64,000 nucleotides of DNA from NCBI GenBank assembly GCA_964035545.1, contig OZ037765.1, positions 3,792,698 to 3,856,697 on the forward strand. The letters run 5' to 3'. Source of the stretch: Bugula neritina (taxonomy: Eukaryota > Animalia > Bryozoa). Below the pieces are notes generated by a model, which was not told the origin of the DNA, did not search any database, and was given only the letters and a program-made list of their open reading frames with translations. The position numbers were made by a program, and so were the translations under genes. This document shows, one piece after another, positions 36,745-50,645 of the stretch; within the stretch, counting starts at the first letter, position 1; each line of letters starts with the position of its first letter.

Positions 36745-37093
36745 TGTGATAGATTATGCCTTGGTTTATTCTTTTGTTCAATAATGTTAATTGGGGTCCG
36801 AAATTCGGAGTTCCGAATTTCGGCTTGACCGAAGATCGGTTCCCCCGATCTTCGGGCCTGCCGAATTTCGGAGCTACCGAACTTCGGGCCACACACACAA
36901 AAGATTCTTTGTTTTATGTTCTTTTGTTCGCTGTATATAAAAGCAGGCGAGTTACGGTGTAAAGCCAGTCTACTACTGGAGCTCGCCTGGACAAGTTGAT
37001 ATTATTTTTCTAATACAATAAACATTTGGAACTCTACTACTTCAACCTATCTTGTTCTGCACTAAGTTACATTCAACCCACAAGTTTATCACA
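36745..37093 (+). repeat. 3' LTR
   Basis: Same 349-bp sequence as 29307-29655, followed by the GTAT TSD. Confidence 0.98.
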
Positions 37094-40000
37094 GTATTTA
37101 TCCATTTCAATGTTTTCATTACTAATTTAGTACCCACTAGATGCATGCAAGTTCCAATGTACTTGTACCACTCTAAACTAATAAGATTATGTGACTTTCT
37201 TACTGATGAATATTTTTACAATACTAGCAGTACTATTTGTTTTTACTATTTTGATTTTTACATGTCATAATATCATTTAAATGTTCTTTCTATCATTTAT
37301 TAAGTGCATGAAACTAATCCAGGCTATAACATATAATTATATGCATGGGAGCTCATTGTATTCATTATAGTGCAGCTTTTTGCACCACGGAAACACTATA
37401 TATATTACAAGTTACTTTATGCCCTCATTATAGCCTTGCAATAAAAAGTCTTCGTTGGTTTGCAGATGAGTGTATACATAATGATTCATGAACTTTACCT
37501 TAATAATAATTGCTAATTAATGCAATTATGAATAACTATCTTTAATTGACAATATTTTATCAAGCTGTAGACCTAAATGAAAATTATGTCACTGTTTCTC
37601 AACATAGACATCAATGAAAAGACAATTCCTTATTTTTAATCTAGCCTAATTATAAATTAACATAATATTGATTAAATCACATGATAATTTAGCCTGACTA
37701 ACTGACACCACCTTTGTCCCATTAGAAAATAGTTATTTATTGCATTGTTACTCTTTGAGGTATTTAGTTAGGGATAATGTATCCATAAACATTTATACTT
37801 GAAGATGTTTATATTTAAAAATAACTTAATAAAACAAGATATATGAAGAGCCAAATAGTATATTGTTAGCGGAAGTAGCTATAAAATCAATATCCATCAA
37901 ACCATGCTTGATTAGGTGTTGAGGTTTTGAACAGCAGACTTAATAGTACTATACTTGTGCCTTGTAGTTTAAATGTGTGCTTTAGTTTAGTAGCCAGCCG
38001 CTACAAAAATCGTAATAGACCCTTAAATCAATCTTAATTTAGCTCGCAGTAAATCATGCTTTAGCTTAATGAGTTTTACGATAGAAATATATTTGTACCC
38101 AGCAAAACCCGGAGAATACAAACTATAAAATATTTAATCACTGTGTTTTAGTCTATTTTGGTTCTACTCCAGTAAATAGCAATAAAATAATAATATTTTG
38201 TTCTTAGTTGCTTAATAACAAAAACTTCTAGCCGGTATTCTAAATCTATAAATACATCCTTAAATGTAACTTGGTAAAGTAGGTATACCTCTACTAGTAT
38301 TGCTATTTTTAGATGAGCACTTGTGTTGAATTGTACTAGAAAGAACATTATTATTCTGTTAGAGTTTACTTTAGTAACTTTTGGCATGATAAAAGTTATA
38401 GTTAAGTTTTAATAGTGCAAAGACTGAAATATGAAAAAATGATACTAAAATACTATATAAAAACACTACTTGTAATTATTTTATTGGTACATCTCATGAG
38501 TATATATAAGCAATTGTAAGAATGGTCACATGATTTGGCCTTTTAGTGGCTGCTAACACAGTTGTGGCCTACAATCATTAAATCAATGCATACTTGACCA
38601 AATATTTTATAGCAGTTTTATATAATATTTAAGCACACAATAACATTCTCACAATGTATTATTATTATATATACAACTTCCATCACAAATTCAAATCGTA
38701 GCATAAATTTTACATTTACACAATAAAGCTAGGCTACAACAAATAATGATTACTAAGATGTAGCAACTCATGCAGGACAATGCAATAGTGACGTGTTCAT
38801 TTTTAGCAAGCAACAGTTTTAGATTTTCAATCTTGTTTTTTAAAAGGTTTATGGTCAGCTTTAATAATAACAATAATCATTAAAAGGTGTAAAAAATATG
38901 TCAGTTATATTGCAATTGCTTGAGTTTGAACACTCAAAACTCTTATGGAATTGAGGTTTGTTTAAAACCTAAATTAAAATTGTATTTAGGAACTTGAGGC
39001 GGCTGATGATTTTTAGCAATATAAATTATTTAAAACTGTTCTTGAAATGTGTTTAATGATTCTTGGTTATATAGCCACAAAAACATGTGACACACTAAAG
39101 TTTTTTAGGCGCAACTTGTAATTACAAGCAATAATAGCTTGTTTTACTTAAACCCATTTCAACTATTTATATTCAAATTATTATTTGCATACCCATAGCC
39201 ATTCTACAGCTATAATTTATATTTTTATGCCCGAATTAAACTATTGCGTGAGCTTAATTAAAATACATGAACTATGTACCTTTGGTAACTTTGTGTACAT
39301 ATTTTTCTATAATTCCATCAAAAACCAACATGGCAAGAATTTATATTTTCTCTCATTTTTAATAATTAAGAACCATGCACCCTAATATGGCGACCTTTCA
39401 TTTATTTACAAATATTCGACCATTCTACGATTCTAGATGACCTTGAATTAATTTCTGAAATAATTGTATCTTAGTATTTGTTATTTGACATGCCTATAAC
39501 AAGGCTGGGGCAAAATTAGAGCAGCACTCTATATTCTAAAATTAGCTTTTAATTGTGAAGGGGGAAGCAATTTGTTTACCTACCATTAAATTTGTGTCAT
39601 TATATAGAACCGGAAAACAAACATAATAACGAATTTGCCAATAAAAGCAGGAAATACATCAATCTTTATTAAGTAGCTGTATATGCATGTAAAATAATCC
39701 TTTTTCATGTTATAATCATTTTTATTTAAAAAGTCTATATTGACTATTTAAAGATTTTAGTAAAACATGGAATCAGTTTCACCAAATCGATTCTATTTAA
39801 TACTCTGCAATGCCTATCAACAGTACAACTCCCTCACTCTACGCCTATGAAGACAATACAATAAATTTAAGGTAAACTTATGATGGGAAAGCATTATTCA
39901 GGTGAGATAATTTTTTTAACCAAACAACTTTAATAGACAAATTCATCACGAAAAAAATTAAAACTGAAACAGCAAAATCTTCAGCAAATATTGAAAGTTG

Positions 40001-40227
40001 TCTTTTCATATTCAGATACATGTTATTATATACTTGATATAAATTAGATTGTATACATTAATTTTAAACAAGATTAGTTATTTTTAAGATTGAATATCAT
40101 AGCGTTGTTTTTGCTTCATTGACAGCTAGTAATTGTTGCTGGGTGAGTACCAATGGTATTACAATATATCAGCGAGTAATTGCTCAAGGGAGATAACTCT
40201 GTCCATATATTAGTTGTGTATATCTGC

Positions 40228-42834
40228 ATGCTGTATATTGCAGATCTGCTGATACTGTGTTTAACCTTAATAAAAGTTTCAGTAGTATGGACAGCTCCTC
40301 CCCAGTATGTCGGCTGTTACCCTGATGCAGATGACAGAGTTCTACCAATTAGATTAGCTTCCAATCTCATGACTATAGAGCTTTGTATTGGCTACTGTAT
40401 ATTACGTGGTAAGCTATGTATTTCATCAAGTAAGTACATCTGATCATTATGAAGTAAGTGTATCTAAAAGTTGTAAAGTAAGTATATCTAAAATCGTAAA
40501 GTTATATGTAATGTATATTAAATAATAATTACGAGCAAAAAACTCTTTGAAACTATTATAGGTGTAAGCACAATTTTTGCATAAATTTGAAGAAACATAT
40601 TATTTTCAGGAAATGATGTTTGACTAAACGAATAAAACCTTCAGAGAGTTATTTAACTACAGAATAATGTTTTAAAATGCATGTATACACAGTGATCAAC
40701 TTACCACATAAATTAGCACATTTTACAAATATTAAGTTTGGTAATTAAATATATTCTGCTCTGCTTAGCAACAGGCGTGAGGCTATTGGAACAGCATTGC
40801 CAACTTCATACCATATAATATAATAGAGATATAAGGAATTTGAGTTTGAACCACTAAAATGATTGTGTTTTAGGGCAGCCATATGCAGGTACGGAGTATC
40901 ATTTTGAGTGCTTTTGTGGAGTCACTTACGACAAGTATAGTCATGTGTCCGATAGCGAGTGTTCCTTACCATGTAGTGGAAATTCCTCCCAGATATGTGG
41001 TGGTGAATATAGGCTGAGTGTATATCAAGTCTTTTCAGGTACTACAATGTTTAGTGTAAGCTGCAGAACGGCAAAAAACTACTTAGCTTCTTTTTTTAAT
41101 ATTTCTGCTCAAAAGTAATGCGAAAACACCAAATCTGTGCAATTGAAGCCTGTTAAAATCAATACTTAAGAAGTTGTGCATTCATACCAACTTTGGCGAG
41201 CAGTTCCAGAGTAAAACTCACTTAAGGTTTTTGTTATTTGCAGGAAAAAATTAGCCTAAAACAAAATTAGTATTTCCTTAACCTAAGAGAAATATTATAG
41301 ATTATAGAAGCCGCTAAACCATGAACAAAATAATATGGTTTATTAGGTTCATGTTTGTCATAAATCTGTGAGACCTGTGGGAACCCTCAGGAATATATGC
41401 GGCCTTAGGAATATGCTGCTCCACATGTTGTCAACATGGCTTTTAAAATTTCTACCTGGAGCAAAGTAACATTGATGACCAAATGCAATTCCTGGCCTCA
41501 GCAATGGTCTTTTTAGGGTTTGAGCCTCAAACATGGGCTTACTAAACCATCACTCTGAACATGAGACTACGACTTCTCCTCTTCTTTTAGTCATTTCATG
41601 AACTAAATTTTATTTTTTAGGTTCACTTATGGATTCACTCAGTCTAACTGTTAACAAGAACATTGCATTCTCCCACAGCCTCTCCTTCAATAAAATAGAT
41701 GATGACATCATTTCCTTTATTGAGCATCCTGCTGACTCGAGTAGAATACTAGCTGTTACGCCACACCAACTACTGAGTATAAACTCTCATGGAGAATGTG
41801 AAGTCCTTGCAGGTGTGCAGCTACAAGGCTGTACCTACCATGACAACATCTACACATTCACCTCTATTAGTCATATTCTGTATGCTGAGTTTTCTAAAGT
41901 AAGCGACCTAGGGAGAAAGGACAGAGTTGTTATAGCAGACCAATTAGAACATTGCTTAAAATTGTTCATTATTGACAGTTTTGGTGTTAGCATATATAGT
42001 ATGATAGGTAAATGCGGAGCAGCTGGAACAATGCAACGGTATGCTACTTACACTGACCTGTCCAGCACTAGATTTACATCTCCAACTTACCTGGCCATCG
42101 CTTATTCCTCAGATGTAATCAGACTGATTATCAACTGTATTAAAAACAGCATCATTTACCCAGTAATCATCAGTTTCTATTCACAATCACTAACTATACA
42201 TAGCTACTACAACCGAACCAATTCTAGTGGGTATGTTACTGGTTTTAACTCTGATTTCTACTATCCAACATTTCGCTCTTCGGGTTTAATAACAACAAAT
42301 GGTAATGCAGACAAAACGTGTGAAGTAAAGCTTTTAACTGATTTAGGCTCACACTCATTTAACTACATTTGCAATGATTTAAAAAACTCAATAATTCCAG
42401 TTAATTTTGGTGGGTTACAACTTATTATACATGAAGGAGAACTTAAGCACTTTGTGGTAGACAACAACATTGTTAATCTAAAGAATGTGGTGATCAACCA
42501 TATGCCAGCATCATCAAGTTCTAAGTTGACGCTGTTTACAGTCAAGTCTGATCATAAGTCTCTCATTCTGTACAGTAGACACTTAAGAATCTTCTATTAT
42601 ATCAGCACAATGACTCATCACAAGTACCAATCTTTTTCTAACCTTATCTGTGACCGTGACTCATTCCAAACAAGAAAAGGGGTTTCCTTAGATAGCTGTG
42701 CTTATGCATGCACAACCAACATAAGTTGTAGGGGTTTTTCTTTTGTTGGAAATACTGATTGTTTTCTTCATGATATTTTCGCTTTCTTTTTTCCATATCA
42801 AGGTGACTCTACCTGTTATATTTTAAATGATTGA
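40228..42834 (+). CDS. Secreted WSC-domain protein with NHL/beta-propeller-like middle and C-terminal PAN/apple-like domain (copy 1, ~519 aa)
   Basis: Exons 40228-40408, 40874-41038, 41621-42834, all GT-AG, phase 1. Signal peptide; WSC motifs YVGCYPD..MTIELCIGYC..YAGTEY..ECFCG..CSLPCSGNSSQICGG; VVIAD..HC and RFTSPTYLAI NHL-like motifs; CAYAC..CRGFSF..CFLH PAN pattern. Confidence 0.85.
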
Positions 42835-44719
42835 AAACTAAACATTTGGTTGTGGAAATGGTAATGTTTGTTTGTTGTGCTGTATAGGAGCTTATTGATA
42901 CATATTTTATGATAGGTATAGAGATTTTTTTTATTTAATTTTATTTATTCGTTTTATTAATTTATGTGTAGATATATAGAGTTTGATCACCAAATTATTT
43001 AGCTTCTAAAAATCTGTTTGTACCTTATTGTTTTCAATATTGTTTTATTGTAAATAAATGACGTGAAAAGGTTTTTCAGCAACCATAATTTCTGCTTAAC
43101 TTCAATATTACATGCACACTCTTACTGGGAGGTTTTTCAAAGGTGTGATTTTATTTATATTGCTATTGTGAATATATCAGGCTATCATCATTGTGAAAGC
43201 TAAGTTACATGCCCAGAATTAGATACCTTGCGTTGTATAGAATTGACATCAGCATGTCTTTTTTTGTTTCCTATAAAACTTTCAGTAGAATTTACATATT
43301 TTTAGTCTGCCGTTTGCTTTTTACATTTGATGGCTTTATCTCTAGAGAAAAACTTTATTTTGAGATCAATTGAATGCAGAAGGGGTTATATAGCCGCGTT
43401 GCTGTGACACATATAATATAGGAACAGTTATAATACTTACCTGCATAATATGAAGTGTAGAATTCCAGTTGTCCACATTTAATGTAGAATTTTAGGTTTA
43501 TTTTAATAAAGCTTTAAGCAGCTTAACGAATATTTTTTGTCTTAATTCCCTTTTCCTAATGCATAAGTAAGGGCTTTACTTTACAGCTAAGATATTTTTT
43601 TAATATATTAAATAATTTTTCAGATCCATAAATAATCTAAGGATGTGAATATTTTTTGTGTTTTCGTAAAGATTCTCTTGTTGACACAATGCTTCAATCA
43701 ATAATATTTAGATTTTAGTCAAAGAGACAAAGTCTGTTTGTTGAGCATTAGATAAAATTTAGCAGGAAGCAAAATATTTGAGTTTTTTATTGTTCTCTTT
43801 TGGAAAAATCGCAAAAGCATAATTTAAAAATTATAATGACCTTACAAACCTGCATGCGTCAGAATAGCTTGGTGTACACACACTCGTACACACAGGAGCA
43901 CTCTAAATAAAAACGACTGCAGCCCTTACATAAACTAAACTGTTACACGTTTAATATGTGCTGATATATTATCATTTAAGACAAAATGATATCATGCATA
44001 GCTTTCATTGACTTTTTACAAGAAATGAAGTGTACAATGTACATATTTTGAACTTTGACTTAACACCATAATGACAAAGTAAAGCAAACTTAAGTTCACA
44101 AGTTTACAGCTAGAAGACACAATAAAGGCAATTTGGTTGCTGATTACATATATAATAATTATGTTGGCATAGCCCTTTGTTTTGTAATAGTTATCTGGGT
44201 GCCTTCATTTATATAATTAATTCTATTGATACCAACTATATGCACTGCAATGTATATAGTGTAGTATTAGGCTTTTAGGCATGTTTAACTGAGCTTTCAC
44301 AACATAATTATATAATAATCATTATATTAATATAAATATAAAAAAACTTGCATATAAAAGTAAAACTCTTTTAGCGAGAGCAAACATTGAAAAGTATAAG
44401 CAAACATCAAGAAAATTGCAGAAAAATCATTTTTTGAAAATATTTATTGACAAACAATATTGTAGTAAATATTTATTGACAGAAATTTTTGAAATGACAG
44501 TATAAAGATAGCTGTATAATTTACTCAAATATTTTTACAATTTAAATAATAATATGACCAAGCTCTTTAGATCAAAAACAAATTTATAAAGCAGATACAT
44601 ATAATAATGTCAATAGAAATATTTTTTTCGATTTATTGCAAAGTCAGCTGTAACCAATAAATGTTTTTACAGCACAATGAGTAAGTATATTGCTGTTCAC
44701 ACAGCCAAATGTTTAGTTT

Positions 44720-47700
44720 TTAGTTTATTGAAACATAACAAACAGAGTCATCTCGATAGGAAGCAAAGAGAGTTGGCGAACTGTGTAGATAACAATCGGT
44801 ATTTCCAACAAAAGAAAAAGCCCTACAATCTACGTTGGTTGTGCATGCATAAGCACAGCTATCTAAGGAAACCCCTTTCATTGCTTGGAATGAGTCATGC
44901 TCACAGAGAGAGTTAGACAGAAGGTGGTACTTCCGATGAGTCATTGTATTGGTATAATAGAAGACTTTTAGAACTTTGCTGTACAGAATGAGAGACTTAT
45001 GATTAGACTTGACTGTAAACAGTGTCAACTCAGAACTTGATGATGCTGGCATATGGTTGATCACCACATTCTTAAGATTAACGATGTTGTTGTCCACCAC
45101 AAAGCGCTTAAGTTCTCCTTCATGTATAATGAGTTGTAACCCACCGAAATCAACTGGAATTATTGAGTTTTTCAAATCCTTGCAAATGTAGTTAAATGAG
45201 CGTGAGCTTAAGTCAGTTAAAAGCTTTACTTCGCATGTTTTGTCTGCATTACCATTTGTTGCCATTGAACCAAAAGAGCGAAATGTTGGGTAGGAGAAGT
45301 CATAGTTAAAACCAGTAACATAGCCACTAGAATTGGTTCGGTTGAAGTAGTCATGTATAGTTAATGATTGTGAATAGAAACTGATGATTACTGGGTAAAT
45401 GATGCTGTTTTTAATACAGTTAATAATCAGTCTGATTACATCTGAGGAATAAGCGATGGCCAGGTAAGTTGGAGATGTAAATCTAGTGCTGGACAGGTCA
45501 GTGTAAGTAGCATACCGTTGCATTGTTTCAGCTGTTCCGCATTGGCCAATCACACTATATCTGCTAACACCAAAACTGTCAATAATGAACGATTTTAAGC
45601 AATGTTCTGATTGGTCTGCTATAACAACTCTGTCCTTTCTCCCTAGGTCGCTTACTTTAGAAAACTCAGCATACAGAATATGACTAATAGAGGTGAATGT
45701 GTAGATGTTGTCATGGTAGGTACAGCCTTGTAGCTGCACACCTGCAAGGACTTCACATTCTTCATAGGAGCTTATACTCAGCAGTTGGTGTGGCGTAACA
45801 GCTAGTATTCTACTCGAGTCAGCAGGATGCTCAATAAAGGAAATGATGTCATTATCTATTTTGCTGAAAGGGATGCTGTGAGAAAATGCAATGTTCTTGT
45901 CCGCAGTTAGACTGAGTGAATCTATAAGTGAACCTATAAAATAAAATTGTACTTATGTGAAGCGAAGATGTGTAAACCATGTGTTCCAATGTTGTTGTTG
46001 TAGTGGAAGGCATCTGGTTATAACAACTCCTGCGCTCAAAGCAAAAGGCCTCCAGCACCAATTGTTGTTAGCTTGATTAGAGGCACAACCCCTAGTTTGC
46101 TTGCTATCTAGATATGGTGGCTTTAAAAAATTTAAGCTTTATAAAACATGTAAATAGTTTATCACTTGTATAAACAAACCTCATTGATATTAATGCATAA
46201 CATAAAAAATTTATTAATAGCCAAGTTACTATTCAATTACTTGCAAAATAATAAAAGTGACTAAAAGTGACTTAACAACCACTAGCTTATGAATTCTAAT
46301 TTGTCTTTAAAAATAAAATTGTTTAGTTATCTAATTAGACACACTTAAATGCAAATTTTTTATTCGAATAACAAAAACAATTACATAATTATGTTATGTG
46401 CAATATTGAAAAATATGAAGATAATATAATAGATTGCCAAGTAGTTGTTTTGTTGCAGTTCAGCCTATAACAATAACATAGTACTTATTGTACTATAGTG
46501 TGAGTATATGTAATAGTCTACATGAGGGAGTCGGCAACGGACACTCTTCATTGGGTTGGAGGTATTAAGTAGATGTTGATGAGTAGATGTTATATCAAAA
46601 TTATCGCCTTCTTGTATAAATTACTAGTTAGTGTTTATAGATTGTTATAATGTCACATAGAGTTCACATCTTATTAGCTATAATTAGTAGATATATGACT
46701 TCTATGTGAATCATGCATTTCCTTATTATTGTCATAGTCAGCATCTATATATAATGCTTGTGTAGGTATTGCTAAACGGTCAGTTAGTTGCTAGATTCCA
46801 AAGTGTTATTATCATTTTATATTCATAGTAGTTGTACCAAATAAATCAGCATGTAAAACATTACAAGTCAGCACCACCCTGTCACTCACCATCAAGCATA
46901 CCATTATAACATAGATGAAAGTACGATGGTTTGTAATGATGGCCACAGTTATTGTTGGGTGGTATTTGCTGTGCATTACATATTATAAGTAAAATTGAAG
47001 GAAGAATGCAGCATAAAACAGTAAAATATTTATAGATGTCAGATGGCTGCTTGTCAGTCAGCTTGCTAGCTGCAGTAACTTGCAATGCAAAGAAAAGCTT
47101 TTCATAAATACTGGTACACTTATACCTGTAAAGACTTGATACACACTCATCCTCCATTCTCCACCACACGTCTGAGATTGATCCCCATTGCACGGCAAAA
47201 AACACTTGCTATCAGTCAACTGCCTATACTTGTCGTAAGTGACTCCGCAAAAACATTGATCATTGGATTGTAAGGCTGCATATGGTCGCCCTATAACAAA
47301 ATAATTATTATGGCCTAACTTCAGAATTTCTATCTCTCTATTATGTATATTATGAAAGTTTTGCAATACTATTCCACTACCAGACAATTTATATGCTTAG
47401 CACATATGAAATCGTGGACCTGCCATGTAGGGTGCACTAGAATAATTAAGCTAGCTGTACTGTTGTGATTGTGAATTATAAAACAGTATTGTGTTCAAAA
47501 AGCTGCCAACGTTCTTTAAGACAACTATACCCTTTTCTTGCAATATATAGTTTTGAAAATTTATACGTTGAAGTAAAGAACTATTTATCAAAGTTATTTC
47601 AATTAATATACATTTGGTTTCATTAATAGAGTTTCAATTGCATTGAACAGAGTTGCATTAAGATGAATGATGTGCCATTGCCCTGTATTACATAAACATC

Positions 47701-48297
47701 TAACTATAAAAGAAATAGATAAGTAAATTAATTTTGGTGTTGCAGTATAAATAAAAGGAAAATTCTATATGAAAATTCTGAGTAAAACGAAGTTCATTTG
47801 TTATAAAGGTACTTAAATATACAGGCAATGCTTATAAAGCAACCTAGATTATAACCCTTTGATTCTTGAAGCTTTTAATAAGGTTTTTGCACATTTAATT
47901 GTTTGAAATCGATATTCATTCTCTTACTTTCATTTTAAGCAAAAGCTGTAACTTCATTTTCTTCTATCTTTGATACATGAATATTAGGTGCACTTATACT
48001 TCATAACCATTAGGTGTACCTACTTCATTATTAGACGTACTTACTTCACAACTATTAGAAGTACATACTGAATGATTATTCGATAAACATACTGAATGAA
48101 ATAAACAACCTACCTCGTAGTATGCAGTAGCCAATACAGAGCTCTATAGTCATGTGTGAGGAAGAGAATTTAATTGGTAGAGCTCTGTCATCTGCATCAG
48201 AATAACACCCGACATACTGGGGAGGAGCTGTCCATACTACTGAAACTCTTATTAAGGTTAAATACAGTATCAGCAGATCTACAATATCCAACACCAT
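44720..48297 (-). CDS. Secreted WSC + propeller-like + PAN/apple-like protein (copy 2, ~520 aa), inverted paralogue
   Basis: Exons 48114-48297, 47126-47290, 44720-45933; exon 2 (165 nt) and exon 3 (1214 nt) have the same lengths as in copy 1; frame open. Confidence 0.85.
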
Positions 48298-50645
48298 GAT
48301 GATATACACAGCTAACATATGCACAGGAGGCTAGAGTTATCTCCCTTACCTAAAGAAACTCTTCACTTGCATACGCAATGTGATGCCGCTGTATAGTGTA
48401 TTAGAAGTCAACCATTTTAGCAGCGTAGAGTGCTTGGTTAACCCGAGAGCATCGTTTAAAGCTGTATGTGTAGTTCCACCCAAGATTCAAATTATTGTCA
48501 ATATAATGACAGAATAAAGCAACAAGTACATAATAATAGGATGCTAAAATACAGATAAGCTAGTTGTCACTTAATCATAGCATTTTTATTATTATCCATA
48601 CTGACTCAAGACCATCCAGCTCCTGTTCAGCAGTAATCTCTTTTAAGAGAAAAGATAACTCTAAGATACTTCATCCTAAACAGCCATATTTTGATTAAAA
48701 ATTCTTATTTAATTAGTATGAATAGCTCAAATGCATATATTATTTACAATCTTATTTATATCAAGAAAATAGCATCTATCTAAATATGAAATGACAACTT
48801 GCAACAGTGTTTTAATTGTTTACAGTTTAGTTGTGTCTGTGCTGTATATTTCTAAAAAGTTTATTAACTTAAAATATTATGTTCTTACCAAAATGTTTCC
48901 ACATTGTAAATCTGCCATGAAAAGTCATCATATGCCTGCAGAAAACGGTGTAGCTGTAATTGCTAAAGGCAGTGCAGAGTTTTAGATATAGAATTGATTC
49001 GTTGAAACTGATTCCATTTTTCTGCTAAACATTTTAAGCAATCAATAGCAATACAAATCCGGATAAATAATAATCATTATAATATAATCATTAAGTTGTG
49101 TAAAAATGATGAATGTATGTAACTACTTGAAAGAATGGATGCCTTTCCTGGTTTTATTGGCATATCTATAGTGTCCATTAATATTTATCGTATTATAACA
49201 AAAGTGGAAATTGTACAGTAAAAAGACTGTCAAGTTGAAGTATACATTGTGTGATTGAAACAATATCAAGTGTGGTGAGCGTTTGCTAATACGACCTTTG
49301 TCAAGGTCATATATCAAACATTTGTTTCAAAATGAATTCAAATTAAAGTTATGAGATTCATCTCAATGCGTTTAAATGTTTACAAATCAACGAAGACCTA
49401 CATCAGAGGCCTATTTGTAGTTGATTCAAGCATAACTACGTAATGTCAGTATGCATTTTTGACATATGATGGCTTTTAATGAAATTATGTAAAATGTATG
49501 CAAAGTAATTAAAGCTCCATAATGTGATGTATGACTTTTCAGCTCAGGCAATATTATATTCACTCTATGTACATTATACAATGTAAATATGAACGGTTAT
49601 TATAGCATAACTATGAATATGCAAATTAGAATTAGAAAATCTATATATTCACTTGAATATATGAATAATTGCAAAAAATATAGGTAAAACAAAATTAATG
49701 CTCTTATTGCTTTTAATATTATAAGCTGTGACTAAAATATTTTAGTGTGATGCATATTATTATTGTGGAACTCAGTTTTTGACCTTTTGCAATGCCAAAG
49801 GTTACTATAGTCTTTTTTCCAACAAGCCCGCACCATGGACTATATCAAACAGTAATTGGGCAGTTGAAAGTGTACCACACAGCTGTTATATATACCCATT
49901 ACAGTAATAGTTTCGCAACCTTTTGATATAACCTCTTCTTATGAAAATAGTTATATCTTAAAAAATGCTGAGTAAATATGTAAACAATATAGAATTATGA
50001 TACCTCTGCTATATAGCCACGCCACAAACTCTAGTTTTTCGGCAACAAAACTTTCACGCTTTGTTGCATATTTTTATATTTCATATCAAATTGTAAGTTT
50101 CTTTAACCAGTTTAATATTTTGCAGATTTCTATTCTGCATGTGCTATATGTTGTTTTAGGGTTATCTCTTTTGTTTAGAGTTTTACTAGCATTGCGTGGG
50201 ACAAGACTAAATTCATTTACAGCTTTTCCTGCTTTTAAGCTCAAAAAATTGCTCCAAACCCAGTTTGTACATAATATGTATTTTTTAATTGTCTTATTAT
50301 CTTAGCTGACTGAAAGCTTGACACGGAGAAAGAATATTCCAATTACAAAGCTGTCTCTTGCTAGTAACATGAAGATGTGACTATTCAATATTAAGTGCAA
50401 ATTATATTGCAAGTTATATTTATTAAGAAAAAAATGATACAATTTATTAGTGTTTTGTACTATATATTATCAGATTGCATATTTGCAATTCACTACATTA
50501 TTTATATAATATAAGATAATATTCATATATATAGTGTTGTCATGGAATATAGTCGATTCTATATCATCGGCAGAAAGTCAACAGTAAAAATAAAACTACT
50601 TCATCCATGGTCATTATTTTCATAACTTTTTAAAAAAGTGTTCGC

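Larger units (their letters stand above)
29307..37093 (+). mobile_element. Full-length Ty3/gypsy (Metaviridae) LTR retrotransposon, 7787 bp
   Basis: Two 349-bp LTRs, TG..CA termini, 4-bp TSD GTAT (29303-29306 and 37094-37097), PBS, PPT, gag, and pol in PR-RT-RH-IN order. Confidence 0.98.

Noticed and set aside
46886-46970. Extra exon in WSC copy 2 (GTGAGT donor on minus)
   Set aside because: The only open reading starts in phase 0, incompatible with the flanking phase-1 introns; the phase-1 reading hits TAA.
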